Positions 9,805-19,930 of a stretch of 64,000 nt of DNA are shown piece by piece. This DNA comes from an uncultured delta proteobacterium (lineage in GTDB: Bacteria; Desulfobacterota; Syntrophobacteria; BM002), in the NCBI GenBank assembly GCA_963712115.1, contig CAVQGX010000031.1, positions 128,001-192,000 of the forward strand, read 5' to 3'. The notes beneath the pieces are model-generated. The model was not told where the DNA came from. It searched no databases and saw only the letters and a program-made list of their open reading frames with translations. The translations under genes were made by a program, and so were the position numbers. Position 1 is the first letter of the stretch, and each line of letters opens with the position of its first letter.

Positions 9805-10717
9805 CTAGCTCTCCTTGGCAGCCACCACTGCATGCCCACCGAATTCCCGCCGAAGGGCGGCGAGAACCCTATCCTCGAAGGCATCTTCCTTCCTCGATCT
9901 GAACCTGCTGAAAAGTGAAAGAGCTATAACCGGGGCTGATACTCCGCTCTCCACAGCCTGCTGCACGGTCCAACGCCCCTCCCCAGAGTCTTCCACGTAG
10001 CCACGTATCTTGGTCAGCCTTTCGTCCTTGCCAAAGGCTGCTTCCAGCAATTCCAGGAGCCAGGATCTAATAACGCTACCCTGGTTCCAGAGGTGAGCAA
10101 CCTGAGCATAGTTTAAGAAATTCACCGTAGGGCGAGCCCTCCAAAATGGCAAATCCTTCACCATAAGCCTGCATCATGCCGTACTCGATGCCATTGTGGA
10201 CCATCTTGACAAAATGGCCGGCACCAGTGGGACCACAATAAAGATAGCCTTCCTGGGGTGCAAGTGTTTTGAAAATGGGTTCCAGATAGTCGTAGACCTG
10301 CCGGTCCCCACCGGCCATGAGGCAATAGCCCACTTTAAGACCCCAGATGCCTCCACTCACTCCAACATCCACGAACTTGATTTTTTTCTCAGCGAGGAAC
10401 TCTCCGCGACGAATGTCATCCTTATAGTAAGTGTTACCCCCGTCGATTACGATGTCGTCAGGAGCAAGGAGCTCTTTGAGTTGTTCTAGATGGTCGTCAA
10501 CAGGTTTACCTGCGGGGAGCATGAGCCATACCGCCCGTGGCGGGGTCAGTTTTTCAACCAGTTCGGCGAGGGAAAAGCTACCTGTTGCTCCCTCTTTGAC
10601 AATCTCTTCTGTTTTTTCTGGGGTTCGGTTGTAGGCCACAACCTCATGGCCCCCCTGGAGAATCCTTTTCGCCATGTTCATTCCCATACGCCCCAATCCG
10701 ATCATTCCTACTTGCAT
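9805..10717 (-). pseudogene. gnd: decarboxylating 6-phosphogluconate dehydrogenase (short type), single +1 frameshift near 10115, possibly a sequencing error
   Basis: IGLGRMG, IDGGNT, GVSGG, GHFVKMVHNGIEYG in ORF 10076-10726; GSVIRSWLL, DSGEGRWT, ALRREFGGH in ORF 9805-10164. Confidence 0.88.
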
Positions 10718-10821
10718 ATCCCTCACTCCTTATTTGCCACTAGGCAGTAGGCACAACCTCCGAATATTTGGGCCTCGCCTTGTGCCTTGCGTTCTGAGCC
10801 CTATGCCCCATGCCCTATGCG

Positions 10822-12279
10822 CTATGCCTCTTCCCCACAGGCCCTACCTTTTAGATTAAAGAAAAACTTCAACCCTTTCCTCACCCTCTCCGAGAAGATT
10901 TTAGGGGAGAAAAAATTCCCCACTACTCTCTTGTTGATCTCACCAAGTGTGGGATAGGGGTGTACTGCAGAAGCCAAAGTAGAGAGTTTCATCTTGCCGT
11001 TCAAAACCGCTACCCATTCACTCAAGAGTTCACCAGCCTGAGGCCCCAGGATTTGTACTCCTATTGGCTTTTCTTTGCCGTCGAGAATCATTTTTATCTT
11101 TCCGACTCTCTCGCCCTCCGCCAGACTTCTGTCGTTGCCTTTGAACTCTTCGGTCCAGACCGAATACTTTACCCCGGCGGCCTCTGCCAACCTTTCGTTC
11201 ATGCCGATGCTCGCCAGCTCGGGATCTGTATAGGTACACCAAGGCAGAAAGGTATAGTCCACTTTTCTTGGCAGATGAAAAATGGCATTAGTAAAGACAA
11301 CGCCACCTTCATAACCCGCTGCATGGGTAAACTGATATTGTCCGGTAACATCTCCTGCGGCATAAATATGTTTTTGTTTGGTCCTCAACCTGTTGTCCAC
11401 CTGGATACCTTTACTACTGAACTCTATCCCCAGCCCTTCTAAACCTAAACCCTCAACATTAGCTACTCTGCCAAGAGCAACCAAAATCTTTTCCCCTCTA
11501 AGCTTGGTGATCTTGTTGCTGCCATTATTGATGGTCACCTCTCTCTCGTGACCCAGATCGTCAACCCTCAATATTGAGGAGTTTAGGTAGAATGTCACTC
11601 CCTCAGACTGCAAAACCTCCATGACCATGTCGGCCATGTCCCTGTCTTCTTTAGTCAAGATCTGATTGCTGCGCTGGACCACCGAAACCTTTGATCCCAA
11701 CCGGCAGAAGGCCTGTGCCATTTCTATACCAATTGGACCCCCACCCAAAATGATTAAGGATTTGGGTAATTGTTCTAAAGAGAAAATTTCTTTATTGGTG
11801 AGATATGGGGCTTGATCAAGCCCTTCTATGGGAGGGGCGGCCGGAGAAGAGCCGGTGGACAGAACCCAATTCTTTGCGCTAATGGTCTTTCCATTTAACC
11901 GAATGGAGTGTTCATCCACAAAGGTGGGATCGCCGAATTCCACCCTGGCCCCGAGATTACAGAATCTTTCCTCGGAATCATGCTCTTGAATAGTATCGAT
12001 AACCGACTGAATTCTCTTGGCCACTTGGCGAAAATCCACTGGAGGCGGATTCACCCCGGGAAGACCATAATCCTTGGAGTTCTTCATCAAGTGATAAACA
12101 TGAGCAGTTTTGATCAGAGTTTTGCTCGGTACGCAACCATAATGGAGACAGTCCCCACCAAGATTTTTCTCTTTTTCAATTAAAATAGTCTTGGCACCGG
12201 CCTGGGCCGCCCCGGCGGTGACGGTGAGACCAGCTGCGCCTCCCCCGATTACCCCGATGTCAAAATCATAACTAGCCAT
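10822..12279 (-). CDS. class I pyridine nucleotide-disulfide oxidoreductase (mercuric reductase/LpdA-like, no MerA Cys pair)
   Basis: GGGAAG, GGDCLHYGCVPSK redox-active Cys pair, GGGPIG, HPYPT. Confidence 0.9.
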   Translation of the reverse strand: MASYDFDIGVIGGGAAGLTVTAGAAQAGAKTILIEKEKNLGGDCLHYGCVPSKTLIKTAHVYHLMKNSKDYGLPGVNPPPVDFRQVAKRIQSVIDTIQEHDSEERFCNLGARVEFGDPTFVDEHSIRLNGKTISAKNWVLSTGSSPAAPPIEGLDQAPYLTNKEIFSLEQLPKSLIILGGGPIGIEMAQAFCRLGSKVSVVQRSNQILTKEDRDMADMVMEVLQSEGVTFYLNSSILRVDDLGHEREVTINNGSNKITKLRGEKILVALGRVANVEGLGLEGLGIEFSSKGIQVDNRLRTKQKHIYAAGDVTGQYQFTHAAGYEGGVVFTNAIFHLPRKVDYTFLPWCTYTDPELASIGMNERLAEAAGVKYSVWTEEFKGNDRSLAEGERVGKIKMILDGKEKPIGVQILGPQAGELLSEWVAVLNGKMKLSTLASAVHPYPTLGEINKRVVGNFFSPKIFSERVRKGLKFFFNLKGRACGEEA

Positions 12280-12304
12280 TGAATCCCCCTTCTCCCTGGC
12301 GCGA

Positions 12305-13060
12305 TTATGCACCATTCAAGGACCAATCATAGCTAAGATAAACTATCTTTAACTTGTCCTTTTGCGCCTGCAGCTCTTTTTTGAAATCCCCCTCACCGTA
12401 TTTCAAGAAAAAGCCAACAATGTCATCGTTGAAATCCTCGGCAAACCATTTAAATATCCTGCTCGCGTACAGCTTGCTGCCCTTTAGGTAATTGCTCTTG
12501 GGATCGTTTATGAATGCTCGCGCGGCATTATCAAGTTGCCGGTTTAGAGTGCTCCCCTCGTAGGGTTCAGAAATGAGAGGAGGACAGCTTTTGGATGCAC
12601 AATTGACGGCAAAATGAACCCGGGGATCCTTAAACTGGGCCCGCAGCTTCTTGTGCTCCACATCGTCTAGAGTTATGACATCACCCTTTATCCGCACTAT
12701 CTTCTTTTCCCAGGGAGTTTTGAAAATATTCCCTAAATCCTTGATCGATTTGATTCCTGGATAAGCACCGAGGATCAGTTTTATGGTCCAGGCATTGTAG
12801 GCGTTTACGTAAAAGGCAAACTGTTCATCTCGAGACAAGCTATTTACCTCGATATTCTCCAGGGCCTCCAGGTATTGGTCTAGCAGAGGTTCATCATTTT
12901 TGAAACCCTGATAATCCACCACCCCATCTTTTACGTATTTATTGAGGAGCTCGCCGTACAAGCTGTGATCCACCGCTTCCCCGGACCAGCCTGAGGGAGC
13001 CAAGTTAAACAATATACAAAATCCCAAAATAAATACTAAAATTGACTTGATGATTCTCAT
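12305..13060 (-). CDS. DUF547 domain protein
   Basis: Signal peptide, AFYVNAYNA, DPRVHFAVNCASKSCP, YDWSLN. Confidence 0.9.
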   Translation of the reverse strand: MRIIKSILVFILGFCILFNLAPSGWSGEAVDHSLYGELLNKYVKDGVVDYQGFKNDEPLLDQYLEALENIEVNSLSRDEQFAFYVNAYNAWTIKLILGAYPGIKSIKDLGNIFKTPWEKKIVRIKGDVITLDDVEHKKLRAQFKDPRVHFAVNCASKSCPPLISEPYEGSTLNRQLDNAARAFINDPKSNYLKGSKLYASRIFKWFAEDFNDDIVGFFLKYGEGDFKKELQAQKDKLKIVYLSYDWSLNGA

Positions 13061-13195
13061 TTATAGCCTCACTCTCAACACCAATCCTAATTATCTCTTT
13101 GCCAAGCAAATTAAGACCTTTATCCGAAAGATCAATGGGGAGGTCCGAATCCCGCCTACGGTTGCTGCCAATTCCACAGCAATTTCTCCCGCTTT

Positions 13196-13366
13196 TCAGT
13201 GATGCTTGCCAGCAATGGCCTTTTCAAATATGGTGGGATTTGAGGTGACTCCCCTCAACCATTTATCTACAAGCTTTTTGAGTTCGCCGGACGCAATAAA
13301 TGATCGGCCCATATAGTCAAGCCAGGTAGACTGGCCTAAATTTGCCAGTTCTTGCAATTTCGTCAT
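13196..13366 (-). pseudogene. tal: transaldolase N-terminal fragment (56 aa, not in ORF track)
   Basis: Manual translation [56 protein letters not shown]; GQSxWLD and GVTSNPTIF are transaldolase signatures; GGAGG RBS. Confidence 0.8.
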
Positions 13367-13603
13367 GTCGTCCTCCCATGAAACTAAATGTAATCTTAAA
13401 GAGTATATCCAACAATCAATATTGGTAGGTTTTTAGTCGATGTTTGGACGATTTTTTTACAGGAGACCAAATAGAGGCTAAAAGTTTCTCCCACAAATAT
13501 TATTTTTGCATCGATCTTCCAAGTTCAAAGCCGAAAACTGCTTGACACTCTTAAAAATAACGCAGAAATTGAGGAGAAAAAGTTGGAATGATGGAATAAT
13601 CGT

Positions 13604-15265
13604 ATGTTTGATAACCCCGAAAAGATGAAATGGTGGGGCTGGGGTCGTGAAGGAGAAAGTTACCCTATCCCAAACCCGCAGGGATTCTGGTCTTTTCTCG
13701 AACAAAAACTGGGCCCCCTTGAGCAATCGCCACGAGTTTCCTCCCTGAACGACATTTCACTGCCACCCTCTCGACTGACCTCAAAGGACCTGGAGGACTT
13801 AAGAGAATTATTCGGTGAGAGCGGTGTTACTACCGACGACGCAGACCGGATAATGCACTCTTTTGGTAAATCCTATGTTGATCTACTGCGAATTCGTCGA
13901 GGCACGGTGGAGAGTGGACCTGATGTCGTGGTCTTTCCCCAGAGTCAGGAGGAAATTCAGGACTTGCTTGGTCTGGCCTCCCATAGGCCTTGGGCTGTTG
14001 TACCCTTCGGCGGTGGGACTTCAGTGGTAGGTGGAGTGGAGGTTACAGGAACTGGTAAACCGTCGGTAACCCTTGATCTTAGGCGGATGAATCGCGTTCT
14101 GCACATCGATCGCACTTCCCACACTGCCGTGGTCCAGAGTGGAATTCTGGGACCGGCTCTGGAGAGAGAACTCAATGCTAATGGTTTTACCCTCGGCCAC
14201 TTTCCCCAATCTTTTGAATTCTCCACCCTGGGAGGGTGGGTTGCCACCCGCTCGGCTGGGCAGAACTCAACCAAGTATGGCAAGATTGAACATATGGTGG
14301 TTAGCCTTCGCCTTGTGAGTCCAACCGGTGTGTTGGACTCTCCCATAGTGCCGGCGGATGCTGCGGGGCCTTCTTTACTTCAATGTTTGATCGGCTCCGA
14401 AGGAGCATTGGGGGTTATTACGCAGGTTGTGGTACGAATTCACCCCTTGCCCCAAAATCGGGCCTTTGCCGCCTACCTGTTTCCTGATTTCGCCACCGGC
14501 GTGGATGCTGTAAAGAAGATGCTGCAAGCAGATCTTCGCCCGGCAGTGCTGAGGCTTTCCGATCCCCAGGAAACTGCCATGGCTCTATTGCTCACTCAAT
14601 CTCCCCGGCCATCACTCAAGGAACGACTGGGCCATTTTTATGTAAGGCTCAGGGGCTTTGATCTGCAAAATAGTGCACTTCTGTTGTTGATTTTTGAGGG
14701 ACCTGACAGCCTTGTCTCAGTGGCAAAAAGAGAGGCCCATAGACATGCTCGCTCAGGGCTTCATTTGGGCAGTCTTCCTGCCCGAAACTGGATGAAGGAA
14801 CGTTTTCGCCACCCTTATCTCCGCGATGATCTTCTGGACCGCTCTATTATGGTCGACACTCTGGAGACAGCTGCTCCTTGGCAAAAGCTTCCGGAATTAT
14901 ATGCAGCCGTGCGCCAGGCGCTCTCCGATGCACTCCTCTCCACTGCCCCTGGAGCGTTGGTCTTCAGCCATCTTTCTCACGGTTACCCTGATGGCGCTTC
15001 TTTGTATTTCACCTTTATGGCCAGGCAGCAACCTGGGCAAGAATTTGAACAATGGCAGAGCGTCAAAACCGCAGCCACCGAGGCAATCCTTAAACATGGA
15101 GGAGCCCTTAGCCATCACCATGGGATCGGCACTATGCATAGACTCTGGACAGCCGCCTATCTTGGAAAGGAAGGGTTGTCACTCCTGGCCGAACTGAAAA
15201 AGAAGATTGATCCCCAGAACATTATGAACCCGGGAAAATTGTTAAATGCTTCGTTTCAAAGCTAA
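13604..15265 (+). CDS. FAD-binding oxidoreductase, alkyl-dihydroxyacetonephosphate synthase (AGPS)-like
   Basis: KWWGWG, PFGGGTSVVG, GHFPQSFEFSTLGGW, GSEG, SHHHGIG. Confidence 0.88.
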   Translation: MFDNPEKMKWWGWGREGESYPIPNPQGFWSFLEQKLGPLEQSPRVSSLNDISLPPSRLTSKDLEDLRELFGESGVTTDDADRIMHSFGKSYVDLLRIRRGTVESGPDVVVFPQSQEEIQDLLGLASHRPWAVVPFGGGTSVVGGVEVTGTGKPSVTLDLRRMNRVLHIDRTSHTAVVQSGILGPALERELNANGFTLGHFPQSFEFSTLGGWVATRSAGQNSTKYGKIEHMVVSLRLVSPTGVLDSPIVPADAAGPSLLQCLIGSEGALGVITQVVVRIHPLPQNRAFAAYLFPDFATGVDAVKKMLQADLRPAVLRLSDPQETAMALLLTQSPRPSLKERLGHFYVRLRGFDLQNSALLLLIFEGPDSLVSVAKREAHRHARSGLHLGSLPARNWMKERFRHPYLRDDLLDRSIMVDTLETAAPWQKLPELYAAVRQALSDALLSTAPGALVFSHLSHGYPDGASLYFTFMARQQPGQEFEQWQSVKTAATEAILKHGGALSHHHGIGTMHRLWTAAYLGKEGLSLLAELKKKIDPQNIMNPGKLLNASFQS

Positions 15266-16922
15266 ATACTATCAGGGGTCTTTTTCCCACAGAACAAGGG
15301 CGATTAACCTCCACAGAATGCAACGGGAGGAATTTGATCTTGCCGTGATTGGCGGTGGAGTCACTGGCACTGCTATAGCTCGAGACGGTGCCTTGCGAGG
15401 CATGAAAGTAGCTCTAATTGAAAAGGGTGACTTTGCCAGCGGCACTAGCAGCAAGTCTTCCAAAATGATCCACGGCGGCTTGCGTTACTTGAAACAGTTG
15501 GACATCGGTCTGGTAAAGGAATCGCTATCCGAAAGGGAGAGACTCCTTCACCTGGCACCCCACCTGGTTCATGCAGCTCCCTATTTGATACCTATGTATT
15601 CAGGTTGGAAAGGACGGCTTGAACACCAGATTGGCCTCTTTGGCTATGACCTCTTGGCAGGCGGCAGTTCCCTTCCTCGCCATAGCGACCTGTCCAGGGA
15701 AAAAACCTTAGAAGAAGAGCCACTGTTGAGGGAAGAGAATTTATCCGGCGGATTTATCTACTACGACTGTTTGGTGAATGATGCCCGGCTCACCTTGGCC
15801 TTAATAAAGTCCGCCCACGAACACGGAGCTTTGGTGGCAAATTATACTCAAGCCATCGGATTGAACACAGACAATGAGTCCTACAAGGAAGTTCGCTTTC
15901 GAGAGGTGATCACAGGGGGAGAAGGGATCATTCGGGCCCGAGTGATAGTGGCTGCTGTGGGTCCTTGGACCAGCGAACTCTTTGAACTACACCGCCTCTC
16001 AGGCCCTACTATACGTCCAACTAAGGGTGTCCATTTGGTCTTTCCCAGAGATCGACTGCAGGTGAATAAAATTGTGGTTTTGCCCACTGCAGACAAACGT
16101 ATGATTTTCGTTGTGCCTTTGGGCCAGTTTACCTACGTTGGCACCACGGATACCGACTACTCGGGTCCACTTGATAATGTTCTGGTGGAATCTGATGACG
16201 TATCCTACCTTCTGGCTGCTTTGAACAAGTGCTTCCCATCGCTGAATCTTGGCCCAGGAGACATCTTATCCACTTGGGCCGGACTCAGACCCTTGATAAT
16301 GGAAGAGGGAGACCCCTCCAAGGTAAGCCGTGACTATTATATTGGACTGTACGACGAGGGGATCGCGGTCATAGCCGGGGGCAAACTAACTACTCATCGC
16401 ACCATGGCAGAAAGCATCATCGATCAAGTGCTGGAGCGCTATGACCATCTTTTTGACGGTGACTTCAGGCCCTGCTCCACCGGTGAAGTGCCTCTAACGG
16501 GGGGGGAGATGAAAGATTTTCCGTCCTATCTCAGGGCCCAATCTCTGGGTCTCGAAGCTGGATGGGGCCTATCTCCAACCAACGTCGAGCACCTGATCCA
16601 CAGTTACGGCAGAAATCACATGCAAATACTGGCTCTAGGCCTCCAGGACCAAAAGCTTTTAAAACCACTCGGCCCTAACTGCCGTGTGGTTAGAGCCCAG
16701 GTAATCTATGGGGTGGAGGACGAGATGGCTCTTACCCTGGAAGACTTCATGAGCAGACGAACTGACCTGCTACATTTCAACGGTGAGGCAAAGTTGGAGA
16801 AGGTGGTGGCCAAGCTTATGGCAAAACCGTTGGGGTGGAGTCGCGCCCGTCGCAGAGCTGAAATTAAAAGATATCGACAACGAGTTCATGAGATGTTCCA
16901 TTTCAGGCGAGGCTTGTCATAG
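15246..16922 (+). CDS. glpD: FAD-dependent glycerol-3-phosphate dehydrogenase/oxidase
   Basis: IGGGVTG, DFASGTSSKSSKMIHGGLRYL, KGVHL, GTTD, WAGLRPL, GGKLTT. Confidence 0.9.
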   Translation: MLRFKAKYYQGSFSHRTRAINLHRMQREEFDLAVIGGGVTGTAIARDGALRGMKVALIEKGDFASGTSSKSSKMIHGGLRYLKQLDIGLVKESLSERERLLHLAPHLVHAAPYLIPMYSGWKGRLEHQIGLFGYDLLAGGSSLPRHSDLSREKTLEEEPLLREENLSGGFIYYDCLVNDARLTLALIKSAHEHGALVANYTQAIGLNTDNESYKEVRFREVITGGEGIIRARVIVAAVGPWTSELFELHRLSGPTIRPTKGVHLVFPRDRLQVNKIVVLPTADKRMIFVVPLGQFTYVGTTDTDYSGPLDNVLVESDDVSYLLAALNKCFPSLNLGPGDILSTWAGLRPLIMEEGDPSKVSRDYYIGLYDEGIAVIAGGKLTTHRTMAESIIDQVLERYDHLFDGDFRPCSTGEVPLTGGEMKDFPSYLRAQSLGLEAGWGLSPTNVEHLIHSYGRNHMQILALGLQDQKLLKPLGPNCRVVRAQVIYGVEDEMALTLEDFMSRRTDLLHFNGEAKLEKVVAKLMAKPLGWSRARRRAEIKRYRQRVHEMFHFRRGLS

Positions 16923-17024
16923 GTTCTACTATACAGTCTACTATATCACTTTTATCTCTCGCAGAGTTCACAGAGCCACAGAGTCTAAATCTCGAAGTAA
17001 GAGGAGACAGTGGTCGACACGGTA

Positions 17025-17159
17025 GGATCACTCAAAGGCTTAGTGAGAATCCCTTGTGGCTTGGAATAAGCAAATTTATCCCATTCCACAAGGGATCCCC
17101 ACAACTACCGATGCGTTCGCATCGGTAGCCCCTGCTGCGCAGGGAACTTTGATCGATTT
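17025..17159 (+). ncRNA. ~135-nt four-way-junction structure upstream of GxxExxY (copy A)
   Basis: Outer stem GATC..CAAAG/CTTTG..GATT; CCCTTGTGG/CCACAAGGG; CTACCGATGC-GTTC-GCATCGGTAG; CCCTG-CTGCG-CAGGG. Confidence 0.6.
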
Positions 17160-17223
17160 AGGGCGCACGCTATATTATTTTTTGGGAGCTCACCGAGGAT
17201 TCTGGAGAGCACAGGGGGCACAT

Positions 17224-17601
17224 ATGGAACTGAACCAGTTGTCGTCAAAAACCATCCAAGCTGCTATAGCAGTGCATAAGGAACTTGGACCAGGTTTACT
17301 GGAGTCTGTCTATCAAGCGTGCATGCTGATAGAACTGGAGAATATGGGGATTGAAGTCGAGTCCGAAGTTTATTTACCAATTATTTACCGCGGTAAGACG
17401 ATAGAAGGCCAAGCATTCCGTTTGGATCTCGTGGTAGAGGAAAAGGTTGTCTTGGAATTAAAATCAGTAAATAAAGTGGAACCAGTACACAAGAAACAGC
17501 TTCTAACCTATTTGCGTTTAGCAAACAAGCCACTTGGGTTGTTGATAAATTTTAACGAGCCTTTGCTAAAAGAAGGGATTACAAGAATAATCAATACCTA
17601 G
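17224..17601 (+). CDS. GxxExxY protein (PD-(D/E)XK nuclease-like)
   Basis: VHKELGPGLLESVY, RLDLVVE, ELKSV, QLLTYL, GLLINFN. Confidence 0.93.
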   Translation: MELNQLSSKTIQAAIAVHKELGPGLLESVYQACMLIELENMGIEVESEVYLPIIYRGKTIEGQAFRLDLVVEEKVVLELKSVNKVEPVHKKQLLTYLRLANKPLGLLINFNEPLLKEGITRIINT

Positions 17602-17739
17602 GATTGAACCTACTAGGCGGTCATACGGTTAATATATCACTCAGAGAACTCTCTTGAACTCTGTGGGCTCTAGCGAGTGGAACGAGCGGGCGAGAGATAT
17701 ATAAATCCCAAACTAATTAAGACAGGTTGATCTAGTATT

Positions 17740-18717
17740 ATGAACAGCCGAGAAAGATTTCTGCAGACCATGCGCTATGGCAAACCCGACCGTGTGCCTT
17801 ACTTCGAGGAAGGTATTCGCAGAGAAGTTCTCAGGTCCTGGCGGAAGCAGGGTCTACCAAGGGACGCTGATATTGCCCAGATGTTTCCCTCGGACCACCG
17901 CGAAGTGATAGAATTAGACCTCGAACCCCGTCCAAAATTCAGCAAGTGGCCCACATCGCGGTCCGATTTGAAGGAACTATTTCAACGGTTGATACCCTAC
18001 GGCCGTGGCCGTTTACCCAGGGGGTGGGCAAAAAGAGTCCAAAATTGGAAAAACCGAGATCATGTGCTGATGCTAAGGATTCACCGGGGCTTTTTCCTGT
18101 CCATGGGCGTTTACGACTGGCGCAGGTTTTCAGAATTGATGGATCTGCTTCTTGATGATCCTGAATTTGTCCGCGAGGCCATGGCGATCCAAGGTAAGTT
18201 TGCAGCAGGGTTGGCGGAACGGGTGCTGAAGGATGTTGCTGTGGACGCAGTCTTGTTCAGTGAGCCCATCGGCGGCAATTACGGCCCCCTGATATCACCC
18301 CAGATGTACGAGGACATGGTACTCAGGAGCTACGAGCCGGTTCTAAATGTCCTCAATGAGTATGGGGTAGAAACCATAGTTTTTGTGACATATGCGAATG
18401 CCCGGGTGCTGGTTCCAAGTATTCTTAAGTGGGGATTTAATTGCTTGTGGGCTTGCGAGGTTAACGTTGAAACGATGGATTATCGCGATCTTCGTAAGGA
18501 GTTCGGCCGTGATTTGCGCCTGATTGGCGGTATCGATCTTGACTCCCTCAGGCGGGATAAGGAAGCAATACGGAGGGAGGTGGAGGAAAAGGTTCCACCC
18601 CTGGTTGCCGCTGGGGGCTACGTGCCCCTGGCAGACGGACGGGTCCGCTCCGATGTCCCATATGAGAATTATGTGTATTATAGGGAGCTATTGCAGAAAG
18701 TCACACATGGTCAATAG
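17740..18717 (+). CDS. uroporphyrinogen decarboxylase (URO-D/MtaA) family protein
   Basis: MNSRERF..PDRVP, GPLISP, LIGGID, GGYVP..D motifs. Confidence 0.8.
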   Translation: MNSRERFLQTMRYGKPDRVPYFEEGIRREVLRSWRKQGLPRDADIAQMFPSDHREVIELDLEPRPKFSKWPTSRSDLKELFQRLIPYGRGRLPRGWAKRVQNWKNRDHVLMLRIHRGFFLSMGVYDWRRFSELMDLLLDDPEFVREAMAIQGKFAAGLAERVLKDVAVDAVLFSEPIGGNYGPLISPQMYEDMVLRSYEPVLNVLNEYGVETIVFVTYANARVLVPSILKWGFNCLWACEVNVETMDYRDLRKEFGRDLRLIGGIDLDSLRRDKEAIRREVEEKVPPLVAAGGYVPLADGRVRSDVPYENYVYYRELLQKVTHGQ

Positions 18718-18858
18718 GTCAATACGCTGCGCTGTCACTTGTTGTCGCTAGGTCGTTATTAATGGTGATAATGAATAGCACAATTAACTACAAATGACCA
18801 TAAATGACGGGCGCAGCCCAACTGACAACGAAGCGCCCTGGCGCAAAGTGTTATGACT
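18713..18858. repeat. GTCATT/AATGAC-type imperfect inverted-repeat element, copy 1
   Basis: ACTACAAATGACCATAAATGACGGGCGC matches the reverse complement of GCGCCCGTCATTTATTGTCATTTGTAGT at ~32522-32549. Confidence 0.6.
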
Positions 18859-18895
18859 TTTGTCTGCTCCTCCGATTGATAAATTAGAGACCCAT

Positions 18896-19705
18896 ATGAG
18901 TACCAAAGGTAGTTTGTTGACAGAGGATTCTTATATCGTTGCGGCGGGCCGCAGGCTCAGAGTGAGGAAGCTCACACACCCTAATTCCGACGGTGAGGGC
19001 TCTCGACCCACTTTGGTATTTCTCCATGAGGGTTTGGGTTCTATTGAAATGTGGCATGACTTTCCGGCAATCCTGGCAGAGACCACTGCATGCGATTGTC
19101 TAATTTATGACCGCTGGGGCCACGGGAGATCCGACGCACTAGATGTACAAAGAACACTCCGCTATGTTCATCATGAGGCCTTGGACAGCTTGCCTGAGGT
19201 TCTTAACCACTCCAATGTAGATGACGCAATCCTTATCGGTCATAGCGATGGCGGTTCTATTGCTTTGATATTTGCAGCAGAATATCCCGAAATATTGCGA
19301 GGAATAATTACTGAAGCAGCCCATGTTTTTGTAGAAGAGATAACCTTGGAAGGTATCCGGGAAGCATTAGATATTTACAATAATACAGATCTCAAACAAA
19401 AGCTGGCCCGTTATCACGGAGACAAAACAGAAAAGATCTTCAGGGCCTGGCATGAGATCTGGATGCAGCCAGAGTTTAAGAGTTGGGATATTCAGGACTG
19501 CCTGCCGAAAATTAAGTGCCCCGTTTTGGTGATACAGGGAGAAGATGATCAATATGGAACTGCCGCCCAAGTAGAAGCGATAACCAATCAGGTAACTGGC
19601 CCGTCTAAGGTTCTGCTCATCCCAAATTGTGCTCATATACCTCATAGGGAGGCTAAAGACAGAGTTGCCCAGGAGATGACGGAGTTTATATTAGGGCTCC
19701 TGTAG
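18896..19705 (+). CDS. alpha/beta hydrolase
   Basis: FLHEGLGS, GHSDGG nucleophile elbow, IQGEDD, AHIPH. Confidence 0.9.
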   Translation: MSTKGSLLTEDSYIVAAGRRLRVRKLTHPNSDGEGSRPTLVFLHEGLGSIEMWHDFPAILAETTACDCLIYDRWGHGRSDALDVQRTLRYVHHEALDSLPEVLNHSNVDDAILIGHSDGGSIALIFAAEYPEILRGIITEAAHVFVEEITLEGIREALDIYNNTDLKQKLARYHGDKTEKIFRAWHEIWMQPEFKSWDIQDCLPKIKCPVLVIQGEDDQYGTAAQVEAITNQVTGPSKVLLIPNCAHIPHREAKDRVAQEMTEFILGLL

Positions 19706-19930
19706 GAATAATTCTAAACTGATTAAGACCATTGAATATCGAATGTAGAACAAGGAACCGCAGAATCATGAAGTAATCACTTCGATCCGCCTGAGGCGGA
19801 TTCGATATTCTACGGTTTAAAATAGTTTCTATAAAACCCACACTCCCCTCGGTGTTATGTGTGTGCCAAGGTCACCCGCTGGCGAGGGGATTGGGGGATT
19901 GAGTAATTGAGGGAATAAGAAGGGGAAACC

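Larger units (their letters stand above)
16953..17699 (+). mobile_element. GxxExxY-carrying element, copy A
   Basis: Ends TATCTCTCGCAGAGTTCACAGAG ... CTCTGTGGGCTCT[18-nt insert]GCGAGAGATA; leader homologous to 34469-35119 and 46832-47818. Confidence 0.75.

Noticed and set aside
10822-12279. Mercuric reductase MerA / mer operon
   Set aside because: No C-terminal Cys-Cys pair, no N-terminal HMA domain, no merR/T/P nearby.
17025-17159. tRNA or a known riboswitch for the four-way-junction fold
   Set aside because: About 135 nt, no TTCRA T-loop, D-loop or CCA; I recognise no riboswitch consensus, and the fold also occurs downstream of the gene. An Rfam search is still needed.
17056-17223. N-terminal extensions of the GxxExxY ORFs in the track (also 47062-47103) and ORFs 34502-34729 and 47569-47778
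   Set aside because: They run through structured non-coding flanks, are not conserved as protein between copies, and the conserved ATG follows a G-rich RBS-like sequence.
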